Part shown: in pieces, positions 1-11,730 of the stretch | How the letters are laid out: each line of letters begins with the position of its first letter | Position numbering within the stretch: position 1 is the stretch's first letter | Assembly (NCBI GenBank): GCA_048013815.1 | Contig: CM106585.1 | Coordinates: forward strand, 12,524,001-12,588,000 | Length of the DNA stretch: 64,000 nt | Origin: Setoptus koraiensis | Lineage: Eukaryota; Animalia; Arthropoda | Direction of reading: 5' to 3' | Made by a program: the position numbers and the translations under genes | The notes under the pieces: model-generated | The model's database searches: none | Told to the model about the DNA's origin: nothing | What the model saw: the letters and a program-made list of their open reading frames with translations, nothing else

Positions 1-1
1 A

Positions 2-883
2 AACCGTATTGCCAAATTGTTACGATTTCACTCATCAAAAACTGGACCGGATGGTTGGACATCTCTTACTAAATATGTCAAAGATATGCCTGAAGGCCAA
101 GATCAGATCTACTATATAGCCGGATCTAGCTATGATGAAGTATCAAATTCTCCCTTTGTTGAGAAAATCCTTAAGAAAGGCCATGAAGTGTTGTATTTAA
201 CAGATGCTGTTGATGAATATTGCCTATCCAATCTACCAGATTTCAATGACAAGAAGTTCCAAAGTGTTGCCAAAGAGGGCTTGAAAGTCGACAAATCGGC
301 TAAGGCAGAATCGTACAGAAAATCTTTAGAAACGAAATATGCTGGTCTCATCTCATGGTTGAAAGATTCAGCGCTCAAAGACAAAGTTCAAAATGTTGTT
401 CTATCTGAACGTCTTTCTGAATCTCCAGCCGCATTAGTTGCAACAGCATTCGGTTGGACCGGAAATATGGAGCGTTTGGCTAAAAGTAACGCTCATTCTA
501 AAACTAAGGATGCTACTCGCGATTACTACCTCAGTCAGAAGAAAATACTCGAAATCAACCCTCATCATCCGATCATCAAAGAGATGTCTAAGAGAATAGC
601 TGACGATGAATCCGACAATCAAGCTAAACAAACTGCCGTCCTTCTTTTAGAAACGGCTACCATAAGGTCGGGATACATGCTGCAAGACACCGAAGACTTT
701 GGCAAGCGAATAGAAAGATTAATGAAAAACAGTTTGAATATTCCAGAAGATGCTCCAGTTGAAGAAGATCCCCAAGAAGAAGAAGACGATATTTCCAACT
801 CATCTAAAGAAGAGGAGGATGTAGCTAAGGATAGTAAGCCAATCAATGATGATGTGGATAATGAGAAGCGTGATGAGCTTTGA
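2..883 (+). CDS. HSP90B1: Endoplasmin / GRP94 (ER Hsp90), 3' part; 5' end lies upstream of the window
   Basis: Frame open from base 2 (NRIAKLLRFHSS...). Hsp90 middle/C-terminal motifs (SPFVEK, GHEVLYLTDAVDEY, LEINPHHPII), acidic tail and C-terminal RDEL ER-retention signal. Confidence 0.96.
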   Translation, partial: NRIAKLLRFHSSKTGPDGWTSLTKYVKDMPEGQDQIYYIAGSSYDEVSNSPFVEKILKKGHEVLYLTDAVDEYCLSNLPDFNDKKFQSVAKEGLKVDKSAKAESYRKSLETKYAGLISWLKDSALKDKVQNVVLSERLSESPAALVATAFGWTGNMERLAKSNAHSKTKDATRDYYLSQKKILEINPHHPIIKEMSKRIADDESDNQAKQTAVLLLETATIRSGYMLQDTEDFGKRIERLMKNSLNIPEDAPVEEDPQEEEDDISNSSKEEEDVAKDSKPINDDVDNEKRDEL

Positions 884-1095
884 ACATGTATCAGTTCCAG
901 AGCTACTTGAGATTGTATTTTGAAAATAGAAATAAATAATACTTAATTTATTAAATATGTAAATAGATACTCCTAATGGAAATCGATTTCGACACTTCCG
1001 AGGCTAGAGTGTTGTCATGAAGAACTTTGACTTTATTAACGCAAAATTTACTCATTTGCAAAACTATATTTTAATGACCCACTGCTTTTATAGAA

Positions 1096-1785
1096 TCAGT
1101 CTTTCCTTAAGGAAAATGAGTGATGAGCTATACCTTGAGCAGTTATCACCTGAACGGAGACAGAATCACCCACGTATATGTCACGCTCGCCGGCAGAGAC
1201 AAAAACATCGTGGACAAGCTTAATCGCTTCCTCCTTGGAAAGTTTGGTGGTGTCCGGGTTGACTATGTTTTTCAAGCCAACTTGATTGTCCAAAAGGGGT
1301 TGTATTAGCGAGCATGATGAACCGCCGGCGCGGTACATGCTTTTTTCGCAGTGACCGACTGGATCGTAGCTATACACCACTCCCTTGCCATCTTCGTCGA
1401 GACCGGCGAGTATATTGGAGATGTAATAAGGAAAGAATCTTTTATAATACAGCATATTACTGATAAGTTGTGCACAAGCCTCAGTTGACATGACCTTGTT
1501 ATGCTCATAGAGATAACTCTTGATTCTGGTTCCGATCACTTTGGCGAAAGTTACAATATCGCACCAACATCCTGTGCTACCCAATACGGTTTTGGGGGTG
1601 AGATTGAATAATTTATCTTGTTCCCTGGTGTATATCTGGTAGCCTGTCGACAATCGTGTCTCGGAGGCAATGATTGCGTAATCCTCACCAGCTATCGCCA
1701 CAACAGTACCTCCATTATCGGCGTATGGCGAAAAGCGTTGAACATTTCTAGGTTGAGCGCCATCTTTGCTCTCTCCAACTGCCAT
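1096..1785 (-). CDS. PSMB1: Proteasome subunit beta type-1 (beta6), intronless
   Basis: RFSPYADNGGTVVAIAGEDYAIIASETRLS, YYKRFFPYY, VYSYDPVG and GERDIYVGD match the PSMB1 family. Confidence 0.96.
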   Translation of the reverse strand: MAVGESKDGAQPRNVQRFSPYADNGGTVVAIAGEDYAIIASETRLSTGYQIYTREQDKLFNLTPKTVLGSTGCWCDIVTFAKVIGTRIKSYLYEHNKVMSTEACAQLISNMLYYKRFFPYYISNILAGLDEDGKGVVYSYDPVGHCEKSMYRAGGSSCSLIQPLLDNQVGLKNIVNPDTTKLSKEEAIKLVHDVFVSAGERDIYVGDSVSVQVITAQGIAHHSFSLRKD

Positions 1786-3561
1786 TCTTTCAAACTTTAA
1801 TTAGATTGCAAACAAATTATGTAAATATAAAGTGTGTTTCTAAGAACTGATGTGGCTTGTGATGGGATATTTGTGACTGAAGTTTATTTGTGAAAAATCT
1901 CAATACCGAGATCAAGACAATATGATCAGGTACTTGATTTCGCCAGGCGGCGCTATCTACTTTGGGCGCGTGATTTAAAGTGCCAAAATGAATTTTATTG
2001 GATAAAAAAAAAAGTTCACATGGATATTTAGTCCTCTGCAAATTTTCTTTATAGATTAATATCTCATATAGTCTAACATACTAGGAGATGTGATATCCAC
2101 GATTTAGATGGAGTTACGTAAGAGCCGGGAACGGAGCTTGTTTGGGCTTCCCCCATATTCTAACACCGAGTGCAGAATAAGTGCTCAAGTTGTTTTTTAT
2201 GCAAGAGCCTACATTTCGATGATAGAAGCATCGACCGCGCCTCTAGTGAACTGATCCAGCACTGAGTGTAGCACACCGATAGAGAGGATAGCGGTGAATA
2301 TTCGGGGAATAGACATTTACCACTATCAAAGTTGGGGTTCATGTTTGTTTGATAAATAATCATAAATACAAGTTGATGACTAACCACTACCACCAGATAT
2401 CCGTCGACAAACTATTCACATGCCTCACATTCCGGGTGTCGTGAATGATATTTCTAAAGGCAGTGAGCCCAGTTCCCCAAAAATCTGTTAGGGCGGCGCT
2501 GCATGCTTTCTTTAGACTGAACAAGTCAGCCATGGGTAATGAATGTTACGAATGCAGACGAGTGTAACAGACGAGTCATTTGTAGGTGCAGATTGTGCAA
2601 ATGATGTGAATTTTTTTCATGTATCTTTTGGACAAGTGCAAAAACTGCAGACGAGATGAGCAACACATCACTCATGTACAACACTGCAATTGGCAAAAGT
2701 GAATGTAAAGCAAAAGAAAAAGCTGAATCATTTATCGAGACACTCTGCCCTTGGTAGTGCATTCCAATGCGCTGCCTATGCCTCTCGTGGACTGTTATTG
2801 AACTGGGTTTGTTGCCATCGAAAGTCGTTCACACTATACATCCATGTACTTGTCACTGACAACTACTTGTGAGCGGTAGTAAACGTCACATTGGATAGCA
2901 TCACGCTATCACATTTATTATATGGGACACAGTGTATATTTGAAAATTTCCGACTGATCAAGCTAATTTTCTTCTATCTATTTCTAGATACAAAAGAATG
3001 CTTCAATATACATCTAACCAATATATCAAAATACACAATTTTAAACCTGATCGTTCTCTGGTGAAAGGCATTATTGAACCAGTAATGCCTTCCTTCCTAT
3101 ACTAACAAAACTACAGATTCTCTATGTGGATAGTTCACTAATAACAAAAGCAGCAGCAGCAGCCTCTTTTGCTAAAGCAATATTACGTAACACTAATTTG
3201 GGATTACGCACCACCTACAATTATATTTTCATACTACATTGAAGTATACATACATATGATAAGCGTTCATTTATATAAATAAATAATTATAAATAATCAA
3301 TTTATCCACAAAACATTATAACATCATTCTATATTCACATCCAACTATTGTAATACATTATCCATTTTTGCATTGAAAGGAAACCTAATAAGAGAACAAA
3401 AGAAGAGAATCTTGAATACAATCGCAACTAGTCGTTTATAATTGCTCAATATTAGTCTAATAGAGCAGTGACAACACATATTAGATTTTCTTCGGCATAT
3501 CTATCTATTATAAACAAGCAATAACCATATCCACCTAAACAAGGAAATACAATTAATAGAT

Positions 3562-5849
3562 ATGGATTCGAATAAAATGGGTAGTGAAAAGGACGACGAT
3601 AACAGCAGTATTGCCCCAGAGCAAGCACCAACAGCAGACAGCAAAACATTAGACTCGCAATCTCCTAACACTAATGAGAAGGGTGAATGTAGTCTACGTC
3701 AGAACAAGTCTGCTACAAATCCAGATGATTGCAAATCAACCATCAATTCCTCATCTGATGCCAAGAACGACAGCGACCAAAGCGATTCAGTCAAAAAAAT
3801 TACACTACTTATCAAGACACCTAAACAAAAGCAAGCTATAGAGGTCCCGGAGGATCTCAGCGTATCAGAGGTAAGTCTGTTCGATATTTTAATCGAAGTG
3901 TATTCCAATATGTTAAGAAAAGACTTACGAAATTCTATTTTACCCTCGTATGCTAACCCACCATCATCCTTGCCATATATAAACTTTCAATCAAACCAGC
4001 TCCGGAGTCGCGTGGCCAAGAAGTTCGATATTCCTGATCCTGAACTGGCAACGCTTATTTTTGGTGGGAAGATAATCAAAGACCACGAATCACTTCCCCA
4101 GCATGGTATGTAGTTAGCAATAGAAAAGTTATTTAAGTTTCAGCCACTGTCGATCTATAAGTAATTAACCTAAATTAAACTACACATTTCTATCACAGAC
4201 ATTAGAGATGGGCTTACAATTCATCTTGTAATAAGAAATACAAGGGTAAGTATAACTAGTCCATTCTTATTGAGTCTCTCGAATTTTGATGAAGATGGGC
4301 CTGATAATTATCTGCTGTTGTCTGAATTGTTTTGTTTATTATCCAGCCTACAACCGAGCAGAACCAGTCTCATGTCCAACAATCTTCACCGAGGTCAAAT
4401 CCCCCAAATCCTCAACAAACACCAACTGCACCTAGTAGCACTGGGGGTTTATTCAGTTTATTCAATGAAGGAATACCCGCAGAATTTCATCAACGGATGC
4501 AACAAGAGATGTCAAACCCTGACATCATGAGACAAATGACAAGTAATCCTCTGTTTCAGCAATTGTTGTCTAATCCCGACAACATCAGATCTTTATTCAC
4601 AAGTAATCCGCGGATGCAACAATTAATGGAACGGAACCCTGAAATAACGCATCTCTTGAATAACCCTGATGTTTTAAGACAGAGCCTTGAGATGGTCAGA
4701 AATCCGGCCGCCTTACAAGAGGTTATGCGAAACTATGACAGGGCGTTGAATAATATGGAGAGTACGCCAGGTGGCTATAATGTACTAAGACGCATGTATA
4801 CAGAGTTGCAGGAGCCTTTGCTGAACGCTGCCCAGGAGCAGTTCACTACTAATAGGTTTGCAACCCCAAATGTGCCAGGAAGCGACGGAGTTGATGACAC
4901 TCAAACTTCTGGAGCACAGAGAACCGAAAATCGAGATCCGTTGCCAAATCCGTGGGCTCCTAGAAATGAGCAGCCTTCAAACCAGAATGCGCAAAATCCA
5001 CCTGAAGACACGCGTCCATCGCAGGCAAATCTCAGATCATTCTTAGATGCGTATGAAAGTAGAACCAGATCCGGCAATACTGAATCAAGTAATCAAAGTT
5101 CGGCATTGGGTGCAAACAATAATCAGATGCCAGTAGATCAATTGCAACAAGTTTTGCAACTTCTACCGAATTTTACACAGAATCCAGAGTTTGCTAGCTT
5201 GCTACAGAATCCTGAAGCGATCCAATCAATGATGCAAATCCATCAAGGAATGCAAAGATTACAACGAATAGCTCCTAATTTATTCGGACCACAGTAAGTT
5301 TATTCAAAAAAGAACCCTTAGAGGAAATACTACTGACAGTTTGCACTAACAAAACTTCTAATTTTACATCCAAACAGGATCTTAAATAATCCGATGATGC
5401 CATTCAATTTGTCTGCAACTTCTAATGCTTCAGCAAATGTATCTAGTGATCCCGGTTCTCAAGCTGCTCCGAACACAGCAGATGCCAACGATTACTTATC
5501 TCAATTGCTAACGCAGATGATGTCGCCTACCAATAGCTGGCCCAGCACCAACTTGCCCAGAGACAGTACAAATAATTCTTCTGACAGACAAACGGAGGCC
5601 TCACCAGACCCAAGACAATTGATGCAACTCTTATTTGGATCAGATGCATCCACAAATCCTGCAACCGTTCGCGCAAATGATACAGATGGTCAACAGAATC
5701 CACAACAACCACCTGAGGAGCGTTTTAGAAGTCAATTGGATCAATTGGCATCGATGGGATTTACGAATAGAGAAGCTAACATTCAAGCCCTCACTGCTAC
5801 CTTTGGTGATATCAGTGCAGCCATCGAAAGGCTTCTCACTCAACGTTGA
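3562..5849 (+). CDS. UBQLN1: Ubiquilin, 5 exons (3562-3870, 4000-4105, 4199-4245, 4347-5293, 5378-5849)
   Basis: UBL domain ([11 protein letters not shown]...[10 protein letters not shown]...[10 protein letters not shown]) rebuilt across GT-AG introns with consistent phases. STI1-like M/N/P repeats ([36 protein letters not shown]). C-terminal UBA ([38 protein letters not shown]). Confidence 0.94.
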
Positions 5850-5910
5850 TTTAATTTGATTCAATCGAAATAATTAAAATAGATAATCGAGTTCTACATT
5901 TTATTGATTT

Positions 5911-8780
5911 CTATGATGTTGATGCTGGTGGGTCTTGCAACCATCGTACTTGAGTTGCAGGTCCGTAACCTTTTTCATTACGAGCAGCGATTCTAAATAT
6001 GATCGCAGGCTTTTGTCGGCTATCAACATGAGCCTTTGATAGTGTGGCGTTAGGGACAACACACTCATTTTGAGGTCCATTATAGACCCTAACAAAGAAT
6101 AATTGATGTTGTGCGGGTGAGGCGTTCGTAGTGGCTTTGACGGCCAAGTAGACAGAAAACTCTGTAATCTCGCCTCCACTTATGTGTGGTGCTTCCCAAT
6201 TTATTGAAGCACCTTCGTTAATTTTGTTTATTTTGATAGATGCCGGTGCCCCTGGAAAACCTGGAACGCAAGTCTTGAAAGCAGCGACGTCGCTCCAAGG
6301 ACCACGTCCACAAGCATTGACACCACATATTCTCAGTTTGTAGGCCGTGCCAGACTCTAGTTCAAACCGTGTGTAGTTTCCAGATTGTCCATAATTCGGT
6401 ATGTTAGTGGCGTCAAACTAAAAAGAGATAGAATGGAGATGAATTTGATACAATCAGAATAGGTCAATTGTATTTTATTCAGACTTTGTTTATAGCTAGT
6501 CATGTTGCTTACCTGATCTTCCAGGACCATAGAGTCATCTTTGGGTACCCAAAAATGAGATACAGTACCCATGTTATTCTTGAAAACTCCGACATCATAC
6601 CATACATTCTTTTTCATAGTTGCTTTAGGTTCTGCTAATTTAATCTTTTTCTCCACTGGAGGCTTGATGGCTGAAACTGCCGCGCTTGCTAGAGTTGCTA
6701 GTGGGTCGGAGAATTCAGCCTGTTTTTCTTCGGGCGGGTCATCACTGAGCATTTGTAGCGGAGGCTCTGCACTTGGTGATTCAAAAGAATCTCCACCGCC
6801 ATCAAGTTGTGGAATAGGAGCCTCAACTGGAATCTCAGGTGCTGAATCCGTCGTAACATTAGTTGCTGGTGATTCGTTCGTGGGCGCATTAGCGACAGCT
6901 GCTTCGATGATGGGCGCAGTAGTCGCGGGTGTATTAATCGGGGGCGCGTTGGTTGTGGCCGCATTCATGATGGGAGCATTGATGGCTGGTGGATCAATTG
7001 CAGGCGCCTCATTCGAGGGTAAATCATTTGTGGGCACGCTGATAGCGGGCACATTTATGACCGGCGCATTGGTCGTGGGCGCATTTGTCGTGGTCTCATC
7101 AGTCGCGCGGTCATTGACAACTGGCGCATCGGTTGCCGTTACTGCAATGACGGGCACATTATTTGCGGGCGCATCAATGGCAGGCGCGGTTTTTACAGGT
7201 AGACTTATGGAGGGCGCACTATTTGCGGAAGCATTTATGATGGGAGCACTATTTGCGGGAGCATTGATGATGGGAGCACTGTTCGCAGGAGCATTGATGA
7301 TGGGCGCATTATTGGCGGGAGCATTTGCGATTGGCGCATTTTTTACAGGTGCTTCATTCGCGGGCGCATTGTTCACTGGCGTATCATTCGGCTCTCTTTT
7401 GATGATCACAAATTTTGGAGAACCTGATACAATAGGAATGGCTACCGGAGTGGTTCTAGTTAAATTAGTAGAGCTTTGAGCGATTGGTGGTGCGTCATAT
7501 CCCTGTATCTGTAATAAATAGTAGTCTGCATTTACAAGTGCGCCCCAATATACTTCCAGTGTATTATTATTTGCGCGCACAAGAGCTGGTTTTGTTGGTG
7601 GATATGGGGGCTCTGTTTCTAAATACCACAAATCTTTACAACAAACTTGATTGTTCCAAGCTTTCCTATATCCGTCTCTACCGGACCAGATATATAATCT
7701 TGTTGAAATAGGTACAGCGCAATGGCCTGCCCTAGCTCTTGGTGTGCTATCATCGTTTGTTTCTTCTGTGATATACTGCCAGGTCATTGTTTCCAGATCT
7801 AAACAAGCCATGGTGTTGGTACATCTCCATTCCTGTTCATGTATAGTTCGCGTGGAGGCAATCAAATCAGAGCCTAGTTGTTGTTGTTGCTGAGTAATAA
7901 CTGTTGAGTTCGGTAAATTTTCATTATTCGTAGGTGTAGCGACGGATAAAGGCACCCATCCTCCAAAAATAAACATCTTGTTGCCGATCAGAGAGGCTGA
8001 ATGCAACGATCTAGGTAGAGGAGATCGTCCATGAATTTGTGGGCTCGACCAAGTCATAGTATTTACATCTAATAAGTGAAGATCTCCCAATCTTCTACCA
8101 GCCATGCCACCGTGGATAATTAGTTTAGCCCCAACTAGACTATTTTGATTAGGTATATAGGCTACAGCAGTATGTGATTCCCTGGGTGATGGGGGTGTTC
8201 CATGATAGATTGGTTTCTCCCATTGCATGCTCGGTTGACCAGGTCTTGTATCTAGTACATATAAATCGTTTAAATATCTAGGTATGTTCTCTTTAGGGTC
8301 GTCAGATTCATTAGCTAAGCCTCCAAATAGGAATACTTTAGTGCCTATTAACGTGAATGAATGGCCAAGACGCGGACACGGAGGCCCGTCATTTTTTGGT
8401 GCTTTAGGTCGTATTTGTTTCCATTCCCAGTTGGCAGCTTGTAATTCGTACAGATCATTTGAGTACTTGCCATATTCAATCATACCTCCGAAGACTAATA
8501 AACGTGAGCCATCACAAACGAATCCGTAAGCCGCACAACCGGGTGGTACATCTCCCTTGACTTGCGGCACGAACCATTGATTATTGGTGGTATTAAAAAC
8601 ATGTAATTCATCAATGATACCCTCATTGCCACCTCCAAATACAATCATTAAATCTTTGATAGCAACTCCACGATGCCCGTGTCTCGGTTTTGGTGCCGGT
8701 CCAGTAGTTTGAGGGATTTTGCGCCATTTGAACCTATGGTTGTGCTGTGACTGTGATTGTTGCTGTATTGTCCCAGACAT
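5911..8780 (-). CDS. HCFC1: Host cell factor 1 (Kelch + FN3), 2 exons (8780-6513, 6417-5911)
   Basis: Kelch start [38 protein letters not shown] and [15 protein letters not shown]-like segment ([19 protein letters not shown]). After the CAG|GTAAGC...TTTTTAG intron come the FN3 motifs [20 protein letters not shown] and [26 protein letters not shown]. Confidence 0.95.
6860..7380 (-). repeat. Coding 15-bp-period repeat giving (N/S/D)AP-x-x pentapeptides inside HCF-1
   Basis: Translation [47 protein letters not shown]...; on the + strand recurrent GGGCGCATT / GGAGCA units. Confidence 0.85.
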
Positions 8781-9554
8781 TGTTTTGAAATTGGGGCATA
8801 TGTGATAAATTTTCAGCTAGTTTATATGGATATATCATGAAAGTTATGGTTTTGATCTGATATTAGTTGTCGTGAATAATATGTACTAATTGCACAACGT
8901 TAAACTGCAGTGAAAAGCACAATCGATCGATTTTTCTGTTTGGAACTGCGCGCATGCGTCTGCCTGACTAAGCGCGTTGTTCAAACATATTTGACGTCAC
9001 ATCAGAGTCTGTTGATCAGACGTCTGCTATGGTCACCTCAGCAGCAATTCGCAAACAATCAACAGCCTGTGATGAATCGCGATCGAGTGACCATTATCAC
9101 GGGCAGCCGATGTCGACTGGACAGCATTGGGAGCCAGATAAGCGCTTCGTTTTTTGGGCAGAATCAGCAAGAAGTTCTGACATTGGTATGAATAGAAGTA
9201 GTAACTTCAACGATAGATCCAGTCTATCAATATCGCGTCAGGTCTCTCAAATAAACGATGTGCGTTTTACGGCGCCAAATGGTGCATTTTGAATGTCGGC
9301 GGTGTGAGGCACGAGGTGCTGTAGTCAACGTTGTTGAGAAGGCCCAATACGAGATCGTCGCGTTTGGCCTGTGTTGCTTGCCATCAGAATACGTCGGCCT
9401 CGTCGGCTGGCGGATTACCATTGCCAGATCGGCCAGTCGCAACCCGAGTCCCTACCAACAAAACATCGCCAACCTTACAAACAAAACTTTCACATCAGCA
9501 ACAACAACAACGTCAGTCCTCTAACGACAATAATCTGTTACGAAAAGACTCATA

Positions 9555-10348
9555 GATCTATTGGCCGTAATGCCATATTTCATATCGTTACTTTTAAGTG
9601 AGACAAACAAAAGCAATGAACAATTTCAGGATGTCAGACGAATTATGCAAATATTGCGTATCATGCGTATATCGCGTATTCTAAAATTGGCTCCTCACTC
9701 CACTGGACTGCAATCGTTGGGTTTTACACTGCGGAACAGTTGGAACGAGTTGTGTTTATTGATGTTATTCCTAGCCATTGGTGTCCGTTCTCAAGTCTGG
9801 CCTATTTTGCTGAGAAAGACGAACCAAACACAAAATTTATTGCAATACCGGTGAGATTTAGGTGGGCCTATGTCACCTTGACGACTGTGGGCGTAAGTAT
9901 TACATTAATTTGAATGCTCTCAGCTAATTTTGTCGCTAGTATTTACATTCGTCATAACTCAACTTGTCAATTATTCATGAAGTCGGCCCCCTCGTGCGCC
10001 TACTGTCAAAAAGCATCACTTCAATAACATTTTGATGCTCGACAATACACATACTGATATTTCTCTCTTGCATTCTCTCCACTCTCCACTCCTCACTGTT
10101 TACTAATATTCAAACTGCAGTATGGCGACATGGTTCCCACGACGTTATTCGGCAAAGTGGTTGGCGCCGGTTGCTGCATTTGTGGCGTCTTGGTAGTGAC
10201 ACTGCCTATACCCATTATTGCCAATAATTTTGCCGAGTTCTACAAGACCCAATTGAGAAGAGAGAAGACACTCAAGAGAAGAGAGGCCATTGAGAAGGCC
10301 AGAAAACGAGAATTTAATAATTCTAAGAGTTTGTTAAGTTTGGAATAA
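9555..10348 (+). pseudogene. Shab: Shab/Kv2 voltage-gated K+ channel remnant (S3-S6), frameshifted, with one retained intron (9893-10120)
   Basis: [49 protein letters not shown], then a frameshift near 9786 before [11 protein letters not shown]. Pore TTVG|YGD is split by a GT-AG intron, followed by [21 protein letters not shown]. No T1/S1/S2 coding visible, and in-frame stops lie just upstream. Confidence 0.85.
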
Positions 10349-11730
10349 TGGACCTACCAGTCACTAGATTTATCAAATCTGATTTGAGTGCTATTCAAGT
10401 TTGGCGCCTTTGGCAGTTTTAATAACAACGCATTTTGATCTTATCATCAACTATCAATTATCACCAGTCAGAACAGTTTCAAATGGACATGTTTGTCTAA
10501 ACGGGCCGACATTTGAAACAATCGTTGTATCTGAGATAATCATGTGATGTGAGTAAATAATAGAAGTGCAATTACAGATGCATAGGTAGTTAGTGTACAA
10601 AGTAGTAGATTGCAGTATACGAACATGTCCGTTGTTATATACAAGAGCTTATCGGTACCTTTCTACTCGGGCTTTGGGTACTTTTCCAACGAACCTACTT
10701 CCTCTTTCCACATGGTATTCTCTAGAAAAGAGCCTCCGTCGCTGCAATACGAAACTCTCCATAACCCATGGTTACGAGGTCATGATCTATTCTCTTTGGA
10801 TCTCACTTCCGGTTGTGATATTTCATCGAGATAAATGGGAAAAACGAAGGTGCTCTGGTACTACTGATGCATCGAATCAATCTGTCTATCTAATGGTATC
10901 CTACACACATTTTTTTTTTCAGACAAGTAAGTCTCTCGACCATATACTTTACCATTACTTGACTATTTACCTGCTAGGACACATTGGCATCTGATAACAC
11001 GCACAATTGATTCGCTTAGCCCGGACCCAAGTAAAGTAGGCGCGTAGGCGTGTAATGGGTATTTAATGTATACCTTGCACTATTATAAAAGGTAGCCATC
11101 AGCACTGAGACAGACCCCCTTCCAAGCACCTTCTTTGCATACCAAACGAGAGTGAAACTCATTGCTCAAACGCGAAATTTGTAGACACTGATCTACAAAT
11201 AACTAGACAATATTATTATCAATATTAGTAATTGTTATGATTGACTATAACACGGGATTGCCTTTGGTTATTTTTATTATTGTTTCTCTCCATGAATGAT
11301 CAGCATTGTTAATCTACTTAGCGAGGCGCCTCATAACATTAGCGTCTAATGTTCAACTACCTTGGTGCCATAACGAATTATTGATCAAGGATACAATAGA
11401 AGTATTGTGCATCGTTAATTTTCTCCAACTTGTTACATTATTAATCAATAATAATAATAATAGACATTGTTACAAAATACATTTGAAGACCTGCATCTAT
11501 AAAACGTTCAAACTAAAATACGGGAGGAGTCCAGCAACTAAAGTTACCTATCTCGGATTCTATTTATAGCGTAGTCCACTACAGAGAGATGTTTAGTAAA
11601 CACTACACAAGCAAAGAACAAAATTATATCCATCAACCAAGCCACAAAACTCTGCACATTTGCCGCCCTCAAAACCTCCATTCCAAATCCAATCATATCA
11701 CCAAGAATTTTATAATATTTTACTGTAACA

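Noticed and set aside
2118-2145. AGAGCCGGGAACGGAGC resembles SRP RNA helix 8
   Set aside because: Flanking conserved CAGG/AGCAG bases, the Alu domain and long-range pairing are absent.
6571-7479. 302-aa plus-strand Gly/Ala/Met-rich ORF
   Set aside because: Antisense shadow of the HCF-1 pentapeptide repeat.
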